A DNA stretch of 64,000 bases from Longimicrobiales bacterium. GTDB taxonomy: Bacteria > Gemmatimonadota > Gemmatimonadetes > Longimicrobiales > Gaopeijiaceae. A program made the translations under genes and the position numbers. Location: positions 32,001 to 96,000 of the forward strand of contig JAWLHJ010000001.1 of the NCBI GenBank assembly GCA_041690395.1, in the 5' to 3' direction. The notes under the pieces were generated by a model. It ran no database searches and was not told where the DNA came from. It worked only from the letters and a program-made list of their open reading frames with translations. This document shows, one piece after another, positions 9,628-22,066 of the stretch. The number at the start of each line of letters is the position of its first letter. The first letter of the stretch is position 1.

Positions 9628-11307
9628 ATGCATTGGATCAACTGGGTCATCGTCGTCGCCTACGTGCTCTACGTGGTGGTCGACGGCATCCGCAAGTCGA
9701 AGGGGACGGACTCGCTGGCGGGCTTCTTCATCGCCAACAAGAGCCTCTCCTGGTGGGTCGTCGGCCTCTCGGTCATGGCGACCCAGCTCTCGGCGATCAC
9801 CATGATCGGAACGCCCGGCCAGGGCGCCACCGACGGTATCCGCTTCGTGCAGTTCTACTTCGGACTGCCCATCGCCATGGTGATCCTCGGCGTGACGCTG
9901 GTGCCGTTCCTCCACGGATCCGGCGTCTATACCGCGTACGAGTACCTCGAGAAGCGGTTCGACGCGAAGACGCGCTCGTTGACGGCCTTCCTCTTCCTGC
10001 TCTCGCGCGGCATGTCCGCGGGAACCATCATCGCGGCCCCGGGCGTGGTCCTGAGCGCCATCTTCGGCATCCCGCTGGTGTGGGCCGTAGCGTTGATCGG
10101 TATCCCGACGGTGATCTACACGATGGTGGGCGGGGTGCAGGCCGTCGCGTGGGCCGATGTGAAGCAGATGTTCCTGATCGTCTTCGCCATGCTCGCGATC
10201 ATGCTGGTCCTCCTCGTCCAGATGCCGGTCAGCCCCGACGAAGCCCTCCGGATCGCCGGCGCCACGGGGCGCCTCCAGGCCTTCGACTTCTCGTTCAGCC
10301 TGAACGAGACCTACACGTTCTGGGGCGGGATCATCGGCGGAACGTTCCTCATGCTCTCGTACTTCGGCACCGACCAGAGCCAGGTGCAGCGGTACCTGAC
10401 CGCACGCTCGGTGGACGAGGCGCGCAGCTCGCTGTTGATGAGCGCGTACTGGAAGATCCCGCTGCAGGCGCTCATCCTCCTGGTCGGGGTGGGAATCTTC
10501 GTCTACTACCAGTTCGTGCAGCCGCCGCTGCTCTACAACCCGGCGCACGAGGAGGCCGTGGTCGCCGAGCGCGGCGCCGCCTACGGCGACCTCCAACAAC
10601 GCTACGACGAGGTCTTTACGCTGAGGTCGGCGGCGGCCCTCCAGACAGCGGACGCGCCGGACGAGGCCACCGGAGCGACCGCGATGCAGGACTTCCTGGA
10701 GCGTGAAGCCGAGATCCAGGGGATCCGCACCGAGGCGCTCGCCATGGCGGCCGAGGTCACCGGCCGGGACTCCCGGGACGTGAACTACATCATTCCCCGC
10801 TTCGCTCTGTCGGAGCTCCCCATCGGGCTCGCGGGCATCTTCATCGCGGGGGTCCTGGCCGCGGCCATGTCGAGCATCTCCTCGGAGCTGAACTCCCTGG
10901 CCACGACGAGCATCATCGACTTCTACCGACGATGGCTCAGGCCCGACGCGACGGACGCGCATTACCTGCTCGTCTCGAAGGGGGCCACGGCCTTCTGGGG
11001 CTTGTTCGCGTGCGTCGTGGCGACGTACGCGGCGACGCTCGGATCGCTCATCGAGGTGGTGAACCGTTTCGGGTCGTTCTTCTACGGATCGATTCTGGGC
11101 GTCTTCATCCTGGCGATGATCCCGGGTACCAAAGGGCGAGGATCGTTCTTCGGACTCATCGCCGGCATGGGGCTCGTCGGATACGTGAACTTCCAGATCC
11201 CCGAAGTCGCGTTCCTCTGGCACAACGTCATCGGTGCGGTGGCGGTGGTGTTCGTCGGACTGCTGCTGAGCATCGGCGGGGGAGGCCGACCGCAGGAGCA
11301 GGCGTGA
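9628..11307 (+). CDS. Sodium:solute symporter (SSS/SLC5)
   Basis: SVMATQLSAIT, AYEYLEKRF, GTDQSQVQRYL and AAAMSSISSELNSLAT motifs; many TM segments. Confidence 0.93.
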   Translation: MHWINWVIVVAYVLYVVVDGIRKSKGTDSLAGFFIANKSLSWWVVGLSVMATQLSAITMIGTPGQGATDGIRFVQFYFGLPIAMVILGVTLVPFLHGSGVYTAYEYLEKRFDAKTRSLTAFLFLLSRGMSAGTIIAAPGVVLSAIFGIPLVWAVALIGIPTVIYTMVGGVQAVAWADVKQMFLIVFAMLAIMLVLLVQMPVSPDEALRIAGATGRLQAFDFSFSLNETYTFWGGIIGGTFLMLSYFGTDQSQVQRYLTARSVDEARSSLLMSAYWKIPLQALILLVGVGIFVYYQFVQPPLLYNPAHEEAVVAERGAAYGDLQQRYDEVFTLRSAAALQTADAPDEATGATAMQDFLEREAEIQGIRTEALAMAAEVTGRDSRDVNYIIPRFALSELPIGLAGIFIAGVLAAAMSSISSELNSLATTSIIDFYRRWLRPDATDAHYLLVSKGATAFWGLFACVVATYAATLGSLIEVVNRFGSFFYGSILGVFILAMIPGTKGRGSFFGLIAGMGLVGYVNFQIPEVAFLWHNVIGAVAVVFVGLLLSIGGGGRPQEQA

Positions 11308-11867
11308 TGAAGGGTCGCGCCGTTCGGGGTGTCGCGCTCGTCCTCCTGCTCGGACTGACGGCCTGCGGCGGCGGCGACGGACCGATTCCGGTCGCCTGTG
11401 GCTCGGTTCCGCCCACGGATCCGGACGTCCTTGCGGACACCCTCGAGTTGACCGTCGTCCTGGCCGAGCGGCCGACCCGCTCGACGGAGGTCCTCGTGCG
11501 GGTCGACCCGCTGACCGAGCGAGGTGCCGTGCTCTTCTCGGGCACACCCCCCGAGTCGGCCGCTGCCGTATCGGCCGCGCTCACGACGGACGCCGTCTTC
11601 CAGGGGTGCATCAACGAGCGCGCGGACGGTTTCCGGCTACGAGCCGAGGAGGCGCCGATCGGGCGGGTGTGGGTTCGGGTCTCCTCGAACCGTCCGGTCT
11701 CCGTGCGGCTCGTGACCGAGGCGCCGGGGGCCGAGCCGCGTGCGGGGCCCCCGGCCGCCTCCGGGCCTCCGGGCGGCCCGGAGGTCACCGCCACGCTCGT
11801 CGTGCCTCCCGGATCGTCCGGCCGTCGCGCCTGGCCGCTCGACGCCCCGTCGGGAGACCGCGAATGA
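11307..11867 (+). CDS. Hypothetical lipoprotein
   Basis: TGATG coupling to the symporter; lipobox LTAC. Confidence 0.65.
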   Translation: MKGRAVRGVALVLLLGLTACGGGDGPIPVACGSVPPTDPDVLADTLELTVVLAERPTRSTEVLVRVDPLTERGAVLFSGTPPESAAAVSAALTTDAVFQGCINERADGFRLRAEEAPIGRVWVRVSSNRPVSVRLVTEAPGAEPRAGPPAASGPPGGPEVTATLVVPPGSSGRRAWPLDAPSGDRE

Positions 11868-12388
11868 CCGGGCCAGGACCGACGCCGCACACCGGTGCAC
11901 CCGTCGCCGGTGCTCCCGCCGCCGCGACGACCTCTGCCGGGACCCCCGCCACGCTGCTCGCGATCGGGTGGACGCTCCTCCTCGCCTCGCTCGCGACGCT
12001 CTGGGTCTGGAGCCCGTTCCTCGGCGAGGGGACGTCGTTCATCGTGTGGTCTCCACCAGCGATGGCGCTCATGGCATGGACCGTCCGGTGGCTTCGGGCC
12101 CGGCGTATCGAGCAGATCCCGTCGAGCCGGCTACTCTGGATCGCGGTCGGGGCCGGCTGGATCCTGGCTCTGCTGGCGGCGTCGACCGATCTGGGCCGCC
12201 GGCTCGCGCTCGACGGCCTGATCATGCGCGAGCCGGGCGTCCAACTGACGGGCCGCGTCCTCCGCTGGGCGCCGCTCGCCTTCGGCTGCGCCCTCGCCGT
12301 CGCCGGGCTCGCGGCGGCGCTGGAGGCGCGCTACCGGATCGTCAACGCGCCTCGAACGCCCGCCACGCCTCCGGATCCAGCGAGATGA
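11864..12388 (+). CDS. Hypothetical 4-TM membrane protein
   Basis: ATGA overlap; four hydrophobic segments; 3' end overlaps the convergent gene by 47 bp. Confidence 0.6.
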   Translation: MTGPGPTPHTGAPVAGAPAAATTSAGTPATLLAIGWTLLLASLATLWVWSPFLGEGTSFIVWSPPAMALMAWTVRWLRARRIEQIPSSRLLWIAVGAGWILALLAASTDLGRRLALDGLIMREPGVQLTGRVLRWAPLAFGCALAVAGLAAALEARYRIVNAPRTPATPPDPAR

Positions 12389-15089
12389 GGTTGGCGAGCA
12401 GCCGGTACGCGCCCGGCACCCGTTGAGACCACTGCCGGAAGAAGGACAGCGCAGCGTAGGCGTACACTCCTTCGCCGACCGACGCGACGAGCAGTGATCC
12501 CCGCCGCGAGGGCTCGCCCGGGTCGTTCATCTCGAGCATGGGCACGTACGCTTCGGCCCACTCGGACGCGAAGTAGAGTCCCCGCTCCTGGACCCACCCC
12601 GCGAAATCCTCGTCGGAGATCCGGTTGGGACCGGCGAACACGGGCGACTCGGGCTCGAGGATGCGCACCGGCTGGGTCTCGACGGAAACGCGCGGCGCCG
12701 GCCGACCGATGACCAGTCGGTACGGAGCGTACGCGCCCTCCGAGAACTGGTACTGGTTGTATTGATTGATGACCACGCCACCCGAACGAGCGAAGTCGAA
12801 GATCTGCTCGTTCGCCGCGCGCACGTCCGCTCGGGCCTCGTAGGCCCGCACGCCCAGTACGAGCACGTCGTATCCGGCGAAGTTTCCGGACCGGACCCGT
12901 TCTTCGCTGACCAGCTCCACGTCGACGCCCATCTGGCGGATCGCCTCGTGGCCGTCATCACCCGTCCCCATGACGTAGCCGACGCGGAGTCCCGGACGGA
13001 CACGGACCGGCACGACGGCGACCTCGCTCACGGCAGGCTCGAAGAGTGCCGCCCGCTCGATGTGCGGATAGTCGATGAGGGTGAAGCCCTCATCGTAGCG
13101 GCGGCCATCCGTGGTCCTCGCGACGGCACGTAGCCGATGTGCGCCGGCTTCCGGAGCGCCCGTCGGCGTCACCTCGAAGGTCAGCGAACGCTCCTGGCCC
13201 GCGCCCGTGAGCTCGAAGGCCTGAGTGGCGGGGGCCACGCTCCACGTGGACGGCGCCTCGAGGCGCACCTCCCCACTCGCGCCCTCCTCGGCCTCGGTCC
13301 GCACCACGACCGAGATCGCGCGCGTCTCCTCGGAGCCCCGCGGCCAGACCATGCCGCCCGGCGAAACGCCCACCGAGACGGCCGGCAGAACCAGCACCGG
13401 TTCGACCAGCTCTCCGAGCGCCTGGTCGACACCCACGTATCGCCACGGCTTCTCGAGGCCGACGCCAGCAGCGCCGTCGCCCAGCGCGAAGGACAGGTCC
13501 CCCCGCACCTTCGCGGGATCCCTGGGAAGCCCCCACAGCGACCGGTCCTCGGGCCAGCGGTACATCGCGCCGTCCCGCTCCCGTTCCAGATGGTAGAGAC
13601 GGCTCGGCTCGGCGTCCGTCGGGATCTCCACTTCGAAGCGCCAGGTCGCGAGGGTTCCCGCGGGCACCACGCCCTCGTCGGACACCCCGTCGACACCGAG
13701 GAGTCGAACCGGCCAGTCCGGCCCGGGAAGCAGCACGACCTCGGGATGGCGGACGACATCCGACCCTCCGTTCCAGAGCATCGCCTCGACCTCGACCGTC
13801 TGTCCCGGCACGATCAGGTCGTCGTCGGCCCGGACGTCGAACACGATGCCGGCCGCCGCGGCGAGCGTCCTCTCGACGAGGGCGCGCTTGCCGAGCAGGA
13901 CGCGCTCGAGCTCGTCCACGGGGTGCCCCTCGGCGGCAGCGAGCGCCGCGTCCAGCGCCGACAGGGCACGGCGGAGCGCGTCGACGACGCCCGCTTCAGG
14001 CGCGGCCGTGCCGCCCCCGGCGAACGCGGCCCGTGCGGAGGCGATGGCGGACCGGTACGCGCCGATGCTCCGCGCGGCGCGCGCCGACGGCCCGGGGGGC
14101 AGCTCGGACGCCAACCCGACCAGCGTCGTGTCTACCCCCGAGAAGACGCTCCCCTCCGGATCGGGCACATTCGACGCCACCACGACGACGCCGCTGTTCC
14201 GCGGGCCCGGCGGCTGCGCGGCGCCCATGTCCTGCGACCGATGCTGGCTACGGCTCTCCATGGCCAGCTGGAAGCTCGAGCGTCCCAGGAGCGGATCGAA
14301 CGCTCCGATGGGGACCACGATCTCCCCTTCCACGATCGGGGCATCCGGCAGGAATCGTCGGCGGGAGGTCTCCAGGAGCTTCGCGGGCCGCCACGGCCGC
14401 ACGCCGTCACGCAGCTGCTCGGGGAACGCCTCCGGATCGCCGGCCAACGCGAACGCCTCGCGGGTCACGATTCCGGCCGCCTGGTGCTGCCCGTGGCCGT
14501 CGGACGGGGTTCCGCTGAAGACCGACACGACCACTTGCGGGCGGAAGGTCCGCATGGCCCACACGACATCGGCCAGCAGCTCGTCGCGCGGCCACATGGT
14601 GAGGGATTCCTCCGCGGTCTTCGAGAAGCCGAAGTCGAACGCCCGCGAGAAGAGCTGGCTCCCCCCGTCGAGGGCCCGGGCCGCCTCGAGCTCCCCCGTG
14701 CGGATCACACCCAGGCCCTCGAAGAGCTCCGGACCGATGAGGTTCTGGCCGCCGCCGCCTCGAGTCAGCGAGAGGTAGGCGGTCTCCGCGCCCAGGCCGC
14801 GGGCCATCTCGGTGAGGAAGCCGGTGTCCTCGTCGTCCGGATGGGCCGCGACCATGAGCACCCGCTTCACGCCGTCGAGCTGCCGGAGCAGCAGCCCGGT
14901 CGCGACGGTGCCCGCGTCACGCGGGAGCTGGGCCTCCACCGGAGCCGGCAACAGGGTCCCGATGAGCGTGAGGAGCACGATCGTCCCGGCCGCCCTGGTC
15001 CGGAGCGCACCTTTCCACCGCGCCCACCGCGTGAGGGCCCGGGAGGTGCGAGCGTAGCCGCTGTGGGCGTCCATCGGGAGAGACTGCAT
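12342..15089 (-). CDS. Exported PIG-L/LmbE-family deacetylase with NEW3-like and C-terminal GATase-like domains
   Basis: AHPDDE, GGQNLIG, DFGFSK, HGQH and SQHRSQ motifs; signal peptide ending VEAQ; AGGA RBS before ATG 15089. Confidence 0.88.
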   Translation of the reverse strand: MQSLPMDAHSGYARTSRALTRWARWKGALRTRAAGTIVLLTLIGTLLPAPVEAQLPRDAGTVATGLLLRQLDGVKRVLMVAAHPDDEDTGFLTEMARGLGAETAYLSLTRGGGGQNLIGPELFEGLGVIRTGELEAARALDGGSQLFSRAFDFGFSKTAEESLTMWPRDELLADVVWAMRTFRPQVVVSVFSGTPSDGHGQHQAAGIVTREAFALAGDPEAFPEQLRDGVRPWRPAKLLETSRRRFLPDAPIVEGEIVVPIGAFDPLLGRSSFQLAMESRSQHRSQDMGAAQPPGPRNSGVVVVASNVPDPEGSVFSGVDTTLVGLASELPPGPSARAARSIGAYRSAIASARAAFAGGGTAAPEAGVVDALRRALSALDAALAAAEGHPVDELERVLLGKRALVERTLAAAAGIVFDVRADDDLIVPGQTVEVEAMLWNGGSDVVRHPEVVLLPGPDWPVRLLGVDGVSDEGVVPAGTLATWRFEVEIPTDAEPSRLYHLERERDGAMYRWPEDRSLWGLPRDPAKVRGDLSFALGDGAAGVGLEKPWRYVGVDQALGELVEPVLVLPAVSVGVSPGGMVWPRGSEETRAISVVVRTEAEEGASGEVRLEAPSTWSVAPATQAFELTGAGQERSLTFEVTPTGAPEAGAHRLRAVARTTDGRRYDEGFTLIDYPHIERAALFEPAVSEVAVVPVRVRPGLRVGYVMGTGDDGHEAIRQMGVDVELVSEERVRSGNFAGYDVLVLGVRAYEARADVRAANEQIFDFARSGGVVINQYNQYQFSEGAYAPYRLVIGRPAPRVSVETQPVRILEPESPVFAGPNRISDEDFAGWVQERGLYFASEWAEAYVPMLEMNDPGEPSRRGSLLVASVGEGVYAYAALSFFRQWSQRVPGAYRLLANLISLDPEAWRAFEAR

Positions 15090-15136
15090 CGATCTCGTCC
15101 TACCTGGGATTTCGGAGTGGGCCGCGCGTATCGTGT

Positions 15137-16066
15137 TCAAGACTGGTCCCTGGGCCAGGGCATCGCCAGGGAGGCGGGGGCCTGCGCCCGCCCCACCCAT
15201 CCCGCCAGAGCCGCCAGCGTGAGCAGGTACGGGAACGCGAGAAACAGCTGGTACGGGACGTCCAGCCCGAGCGCCTGCATGAGGAACTGGAGGGCGGACG
15301 CCGCTCCGAAGAGCAGAGCCGCGGCGAGCACGAGTACCGGATTCCATCGCCCCAACACCACGACCGCGATCGCGATGAAGCCGCGCCCCGCGCTCATGTT
15401 CTCGGAGAACGTGCCTGCGTGCGCGAGCGCCAGATGGGCGCCTGCCACCCCCGCGAGCGCGCCGCCGAACACCGTCGCGCAGAACCGGGTCCACCGGACC
15501 CGGACGCCGGCTGCGCACGCCGCGTCGGGATCCTCCCCCGCGGCGCGGAGCTCGAGCCCCCACTCGGTCCTGAAGATGAAGTACCAGAGCAGAGGTGCCA
15601 GGGCGTAGGCCAGATACGCCGTCGGCGCCTGTTCGAAGAGCGCTGTGCCGATCCACGGCAGCTCGGCCAGCACCGGCACCCGCACGGGCGGTAGCGTGGG
15701 CAGCGTGAGCGCCGTGCCGGTCGCGCCGAAGCGCGCCTGGTAGATCGCGCCCGTGAGGCCGAGGCCTCCGAGGGTGACCGCCGTCCCGGTGATGATCTGA
15801 TCCGTGCCGAGGCCGATCGCGAACGCAGCGAAGACGAACGCGACCGCGCCGCCCGCCACGGCCCCGAGCACGACCCCCGGCACCGCTCCTCCGAGCCAGA
15901 GCGCACCCAGCGCCCCCGCCAGGGCGCCCCCGATGATCGAGCCCTCGACGCCGATGTTGATCACCCCGCTCCGCTCGGCAACCGCCTCGCCCATCGCCGC
16001 GAGGGCGAGAGGTACGCCGAGGCGTACCGACGCCTCGAGGAAGAGCACCAGATCCGCGTCAGACAT
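15137..16066 (-). CDS. Nucleoside/sugar ABC transporter permease
   Basis: ERSGVINIGVEG and GRGFIAIAVVVLGRWNP motifs. Confidence 0.92.
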   Translation of the reverse strand: MSDADLVLFLEASVRLGVPLALAAMGEAVAERSGVINIGVEGSIIGGALAGALGALWLGGAVPGVVLGAVAGGAVAFVFAAFAIGLGTDQIITGTAVTLGGLGLTGAIYQARFGATGTALTLPTLPPVRVPVLAELPWIGTALFEQAPTAYLAYALAPLLWYFIFRTEWGLELRAAGEDPDAACAAGVRVRWTRFCATVFGGALAGVAGAHLALAHAGTFSENMSAGRGFIAIAVVVLGRWNPVLVLAAALLFGAASALQFLMQALGLDVPYQLFLAFPYLLTLAALAGWVGRAQAPASLAMPWPRDQS

Positions 16067-17230
16067 GACCACCCCCGGGCTCGGCCTCGCCGCTCGCGGC
16101 CTGGTCCGTCCCTCCGGAGCCTCCCGTCCCACTGGAGCCTTCCGGGCCGCCGGCGCTCGCCCGCCCACCCCCGGCCGCCGCAGGTACCAGCCCCACGCCC
16201 ACCCGTCGCACCCGGTCGAGCGCGATCACCGACAGGATGACGAGCGCCTGAACGAAGCTGACCCAGGTCGCCGGGACCCCAGCCTCTCGTTGCATGGCGC
16301 TTGCCCCCCCCTCCAGAGCACCGAACAGGGCACCGGTCGCGAGAACTCCGATCGGGCTCAGCCCGGCGAGGAGAGCAACGGCGATCGCCGTGTACCCCCA
16401 GCCGGGAGAGAGCCCCTCGTAGAGCGCGTAGGTCACCCCGGCGATCTCGACCCCGCCCGCCAATCCCGCGATCGCGCCGGACGACAGGAACGCACCCGTC
16501 CAGACCCGCTCGGAGTCGATCCTGCCGGCCACGCGGGCCGCCGTGGGGGAGGCTCCGACCGCCCGAATCCGGAAGCCTGCCCGCGTCTTCCTGAGCGTGA
16601 AGCTCAGCCCGAGCGCGACCACCACCGTGACCGCGAAGCCCCAGTGGAGCCGCGTGCCCGGCACCAGCACGCCGAGTCGCGCCACCTCCACGACCGCGTC
16701 CGTCTGGGGGAAGACGCCACGGGCTTCCTGCAACGGGCCGCGCACGACGTACGACGCCAGATGGAGCCCCACGAAGTTCATGAGGATCGTCGTGATCACC
16801 TCTCCGACGCCGAGCCGGACACGCATCAGCGCGGGCACGAGCGCCCAGAGCACCCCGCCGAGCGCGGCCGCTCCCAACACCGCGGGCAGGGCCAGGGCCG
16901 CCGGCCAGCCACCCACGTTCAATCCGACCCAGACGGCTGCGATCGCCCCGGCGTAGAGCTGCCCCTCCGCCCCGATGTTCCAGACCCCGGCACGGAACGC
17001 GATCGCGACGGCGAGCCCCGTGAGCATGAGCGGCACGGCTCGCACGAGGGTGACGGACAAGAGGACCTGCAGACTCCCGACGGAGCCGCGAGCCATCGCG
17101 CCCGCGGCCCCGGCCGGGTCGTACCCACCGAGCGCGAGGGACGCGGCCGCGACGGCGACGGTCGCCCCGACCGCTCCGAGCGCCACGCCGAAGGGTCCGC
17201 TCAGGAGTCTCGGCAGCGTCCCGCTCACGG

Positions 17231-17234
<4 letters not shown>
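16059..17234 (-). CDS. Nucleoside/sugar ABC transporter permease
   Basis: GVWNIGAEGQLYAG and GYTAIAVALL motifs. Confidence 0.92.
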
Positions 17235-18795
<1,561 letters not shown>

Positions 18796-18799
<4 letters not shown>

Positions 18800-19815
18800 C
18801 GAGCGTCCGGCTCTCCCTCGACGAAGGGAACGCGTGGGACCTCGAGGTCGCCGGCCTCGATGCGGACACGCGCCTCGTCGATCGCGGCGCGCAGCTCGTC
18901 CGGAATCCGATCGAGGACCGCCGGATTCGGCACGAAGTCGACGACGCCCTCCGGGGATCCCGTGTAGATCGCTTCTCCCCCGATCTCACCGGCCTGCCAG
19001 CGTCGGGCCGTCTCGAGGAAGGCCTCCGGAATCCGGATGACCGCGCTCCCCAGGGTCACCTCCGGCGCGATGTCGTTCTGGTCCCGGTTCATGCCGAGCG
19101 CCCATACGGCGTCCCCGCCCGCGACCGCCTCGCGCACCGCCTGGAAGACCCCGAACGACGCGGCGTCCACGTTGTGGATCAGCACGTCGGCACCCCGCCC
19201 GATCTGAGCGACCGCGGCTTCCTTCGCGGCGGCCACGTCGTCCCAGTTGCCGACGAACGTTTCGAGCACCCTCACGTCCGGGTTCACGGCCCGGGCGCCC
19301 GCCTCGAACGCCCGGAACGTCCCCTGAACCGGCGGGATCTCGACGCCGCCCACCATCCCGACGACCCCGGTCCGGCTCATGCCGGCCGCCATCATCCCGG
19401 CCAGGTAGCTCCCCTGTTCGAGCCGGAAGATCAGCGGAATCACGTTGTCGGAGATGCGACCACCGCCGGACACGATGAACGTGGTCTCGGGGAAGAGCCC
19501 GCCGACGCGCAGAGCCGCGTCCTGATACTCGAAGCCGTGCGCGAAGACGAGGTCGTAACCGGTCGAAGCGTACGCCCGGAGCGCCTCGTCGAACTCGGCC
19601 GGCGTCCGCGTCTGCTGATGGCTCACGGATGCGCCGAGCGAGTCACGCAGCATGAGGAGCCCCTCGTACCCCCCGGCGTACCAACCCGCGTCGCTCACGG
19701 GTCCCGAGGTGAGGAGGGCGGCCTGGAAGGCACCCTCGTCGGCTTGCCGCCCATCGTCCCCGCCGCAGGCGAGCGAACCGAGCGCGATGACCAGGAGCGG
19801 GAGGATTCTACGCAT
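18796..19815 (-). CDS. BMP-family ABC substrate-binding lipoprotein
   Basis: Lipobox LAC; AHGFEY, EQGSYLAG and VGNWDD motifs. Confidence 0.9.
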
Positions 19816-19961
19816 GGTGGGCGCGAGGCGGATGGTCTTGTGAGAGGACGCGGCCCGCCCGGAGCGGCCCGGCGTTCGCGAATAGTCTAACAGGTCGCCG
19901 GCTGTTGGGAGCCCCCGGGCATCCCTATGTTCGTCCGCCATAATCCAGCACCGGATCGGGA

Positions 19962-21362
19962 GTGAGTGGAGACATGGAAGATCAGCGCGGACATTGGAGT
20001 TCGAGCGTCGGCTTCGTCCTCGCGGCCACCGGCAGCGCCATCGGGCTGGGGAACCTCTGGAAATTCCCCTTCATCACGTGGGAGAACGATGGGGGCGCGT
20101 TCGTCCTGATCTACCTCCTGTGCATCCTGGCGGTCGGCCTTCCCATCATGATGGCCGAGCTGCTCATCGGCCGGAAGACTCAGAAGAGCCCGGTGGGAGC
20201 CCTCAGGGCCGCGGTCGGCCCTCTCTGGGGCGTCGTCGGTGGTTGGGGCGTCCTCTGCGGGTTCATCCTCCTCTCCTACTACTCGGTCATCGCGGGCTGG
20301 TCGCTCTTCTACTTCACACGCTCCGTGGGATGGACCATGAACGGCTTCCCCATGGATCTCCCCATGGGCGAGCTGTTCAACGCCCAGGTCTCCAACGGCC
20401 TCCTCCAGCTCACGCTGTCCGCGCTGTTCATGGTGGCGACCGTGTCCATCGTCTACTTCGGCGTGCAGCGCGGCATCGAGCGGATCGCGCGCATCTTTCT
20501 GCCGATCCTCTTCGTCATCCTCCTTCTCCTCCTGGTCAGCGCGCTCGGCATGGAAGGCTCCGGCCAGGCGCTGTCCTTCATCTTCGTGCCGGACTTCGGG
20601 GCACTCGAGCCGGCCGGGCTACTCGAGGCCGTCGGTCACTCCTTTTTCACGCTGTCCCTCGGCATGGGCGCGATGATCACGTATGGCTCCTACCTCGACC
20701 GCAACCAGTCGGTCGTGAAGGCCTCCGCCGTGATCGTGGCCCTCGACACGGTCATCGCGATCGTCGCCACGGTCATCATGTTCTCGGTGATCTTCAGCGT
20801 GGCGGGCATGACCGAGCAGGTGAGCGGCTCGACCGTCGGAATGCTCTTCATCTCGCTTCCGCAGCTCTTCTACACGGAAGTGCCCTTCGGCACCCTTCTC
20901 GGCCCCCTCTTCTACGTCCTCGTGGCGCTCGCCGCGCTCACGTCGACCATCTCGCTGCTGGAGGTCGTGGCCAGCTACGTGATCGACGAGCACGGCGTGG
21001 GCCGCCACAAGGCAACCATCGCGTGCGGCGCGGCCGTCTTCGTTCTCACGATCCTGTCGGCGCTTTCGTTCGGCGCGGCCTCCGGCCTCTCGACCTTCGA
21101 GATCTTCGCCGGCAAGCCCGGCTGGTTCTCCACCGCGGATCACTTCGTCTCGAACTGGATGCTGCCGACAGGAGGCTTCGCCACCGCCATCGCCGCCGGA
21201 TGGATCATGGCCAAGGAGGCGACCCGGGGGGAGCTCGAGGACGGTACGGAACCCGGCTGGTTCAAGTTCGGAGTCTGGCACTTCTTCATCCGCTTCATCG
21301 CGCCGGCCGCGGTCGCCGCGATCATCATCGCGGTCGCGTTCTTCTCGGTGGACTTCAGCTGA
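19962..21362 (+). CDS. Sodium-dependent NSS/SNF-family transporter
   Basis: GSAIGLGNLWKFP, GGAFVLIY and FFTLSLGMGAMITYGSY motifs. Confidence 0.95.
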   Translation: MSGDMEDQRGHWSSSVGFVLAATGSAIGLGNLWKFPFITWENDGGAFVLIYLLCILAVGLPIMMAELLIGRKTQKSPVGALRAAVGPLWGVVGGWGVLCGFILLSYYSVIAGWSLFYFTRSVGWTMNGFPMDLPMGELFNAQVSNGLLQLTLSALFMVATVSIVYFGVQRGIERIARIFLPILFVILLLLLVSALGMEGSGQALSFIFVPDFGALEPAGLLEAVGHSFFTLSLGMGAMITYGSYLDRNQSVVKASAVIVALDTVIAIVATVIMFSVIFSVAGMTEQVSGSTVGMLFISLPQLFYTEVPFGTLLGPLFYVLVALAALTSTISLLEVVASYVIDEHGVGRHKATIACGAAVFVLTILSALSFGAASGLSTFEIFAGKPGWFSTADHFVSNWMLPTGGFATAIAAGWIMAKEATRGELEDGTEPGWFKFGVWHFFIRFIAPAAVAAIIIAVAFFSVDFS

Positions 21363-21968
21363 TCAGCGCGTCGCCAGACCCGAGAGCAGGGCCTCCGCCG
21401 CCTTCGTGAAGTCGCGCACGTCGAAGCACTGAGGGTCGATCACCGACTGCACCGCCGAACCCTTGATGAAGGCCACGACGACGGCACAGAGGCCCTCCGT
21501 CGACACGCCCGCAAAACGATCGGGGTCGGCCTCCACGACGGCGGCCACCATGGGGTGGAACGCCTTCCGGTACCGCTCCAGCTCCGCTCGCATCCGGGCC
21601 CGGATCCGCGGCTGGCGGGTGCCCAGGAGCCAGAAGTCGAAGAACAGGTGAATGGCCTGACGGTCGCTGGTCAGCCGCCGCATCTCCTGCCGAAGCAGCG
21701 TGAGCAGCCGCTCCAACGGAGGTGTGACCCGAACGATGTCCGGACCGACCTCGAACGCCGCCGTCCGGTCCAGGAGCCGATCGAGCAGGGCCGCCAGCAG
21801 CCGCGCCTTCGACTTGAAGTGGAAGTGCACCAGCCCGTGACTGAGCCCCGCTTCCGTCGCCACGCCTCTGACGGTGAGCCGCTCCAACCCGTCCCGTAGA
21901 GCGACGACGAGCGCCGCCTCCAGGATCTGCTCCTTCCTCTCGTCTTCGCCCGCCTTCGCTCCCGGCAC
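21363..21968 (-). CDS. TetR-family regulator (BetI-like)
   Basis: HTH LTVRGVATEAGLSHGLVHFHF; GGAGG RBS before GTG 21968. Confidence 0.88.
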   Translation of the reverse strand: MPGAKAGEDERKEQILEAALVVALRDGLERLTVRGVATEAGLSHGLVHFHFKSKARLLAALLDRLLDRTAAFEVGPDIVRVTPPLERLLTLLRQEMRRLTSDRQAIHLFFDFWLLGTRQPRIRARMRAELERYRKAFHPMVAAVVEADPDRFAGVSTEGLCAVVVAFIKGSAVQSVIDPQCFDVRDFTKAAEALLSGLATR

Positions 21969-21977
21969 CCGACCTCC

Positions 21978-22034
21978 ATTGACCAAGCGTCCAATATTTA
22001 CCATCGTAAACTCGTATTGACCGACGGGTCAATA
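21978..22034. promoter_or_regulatory. Tandem TetR operators in the divergent tetR/sulP promoter
   Basis: ATTGACCAAGCGTCCAAT (21978-21995) and palindrome TATTGACC-GACG-GGTCAATA (22015-22034). Confidence 0.75.
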
Positions 22035-22066
22035 TCTCTCAGCCGCCCGACCCGATCCACCCGATC

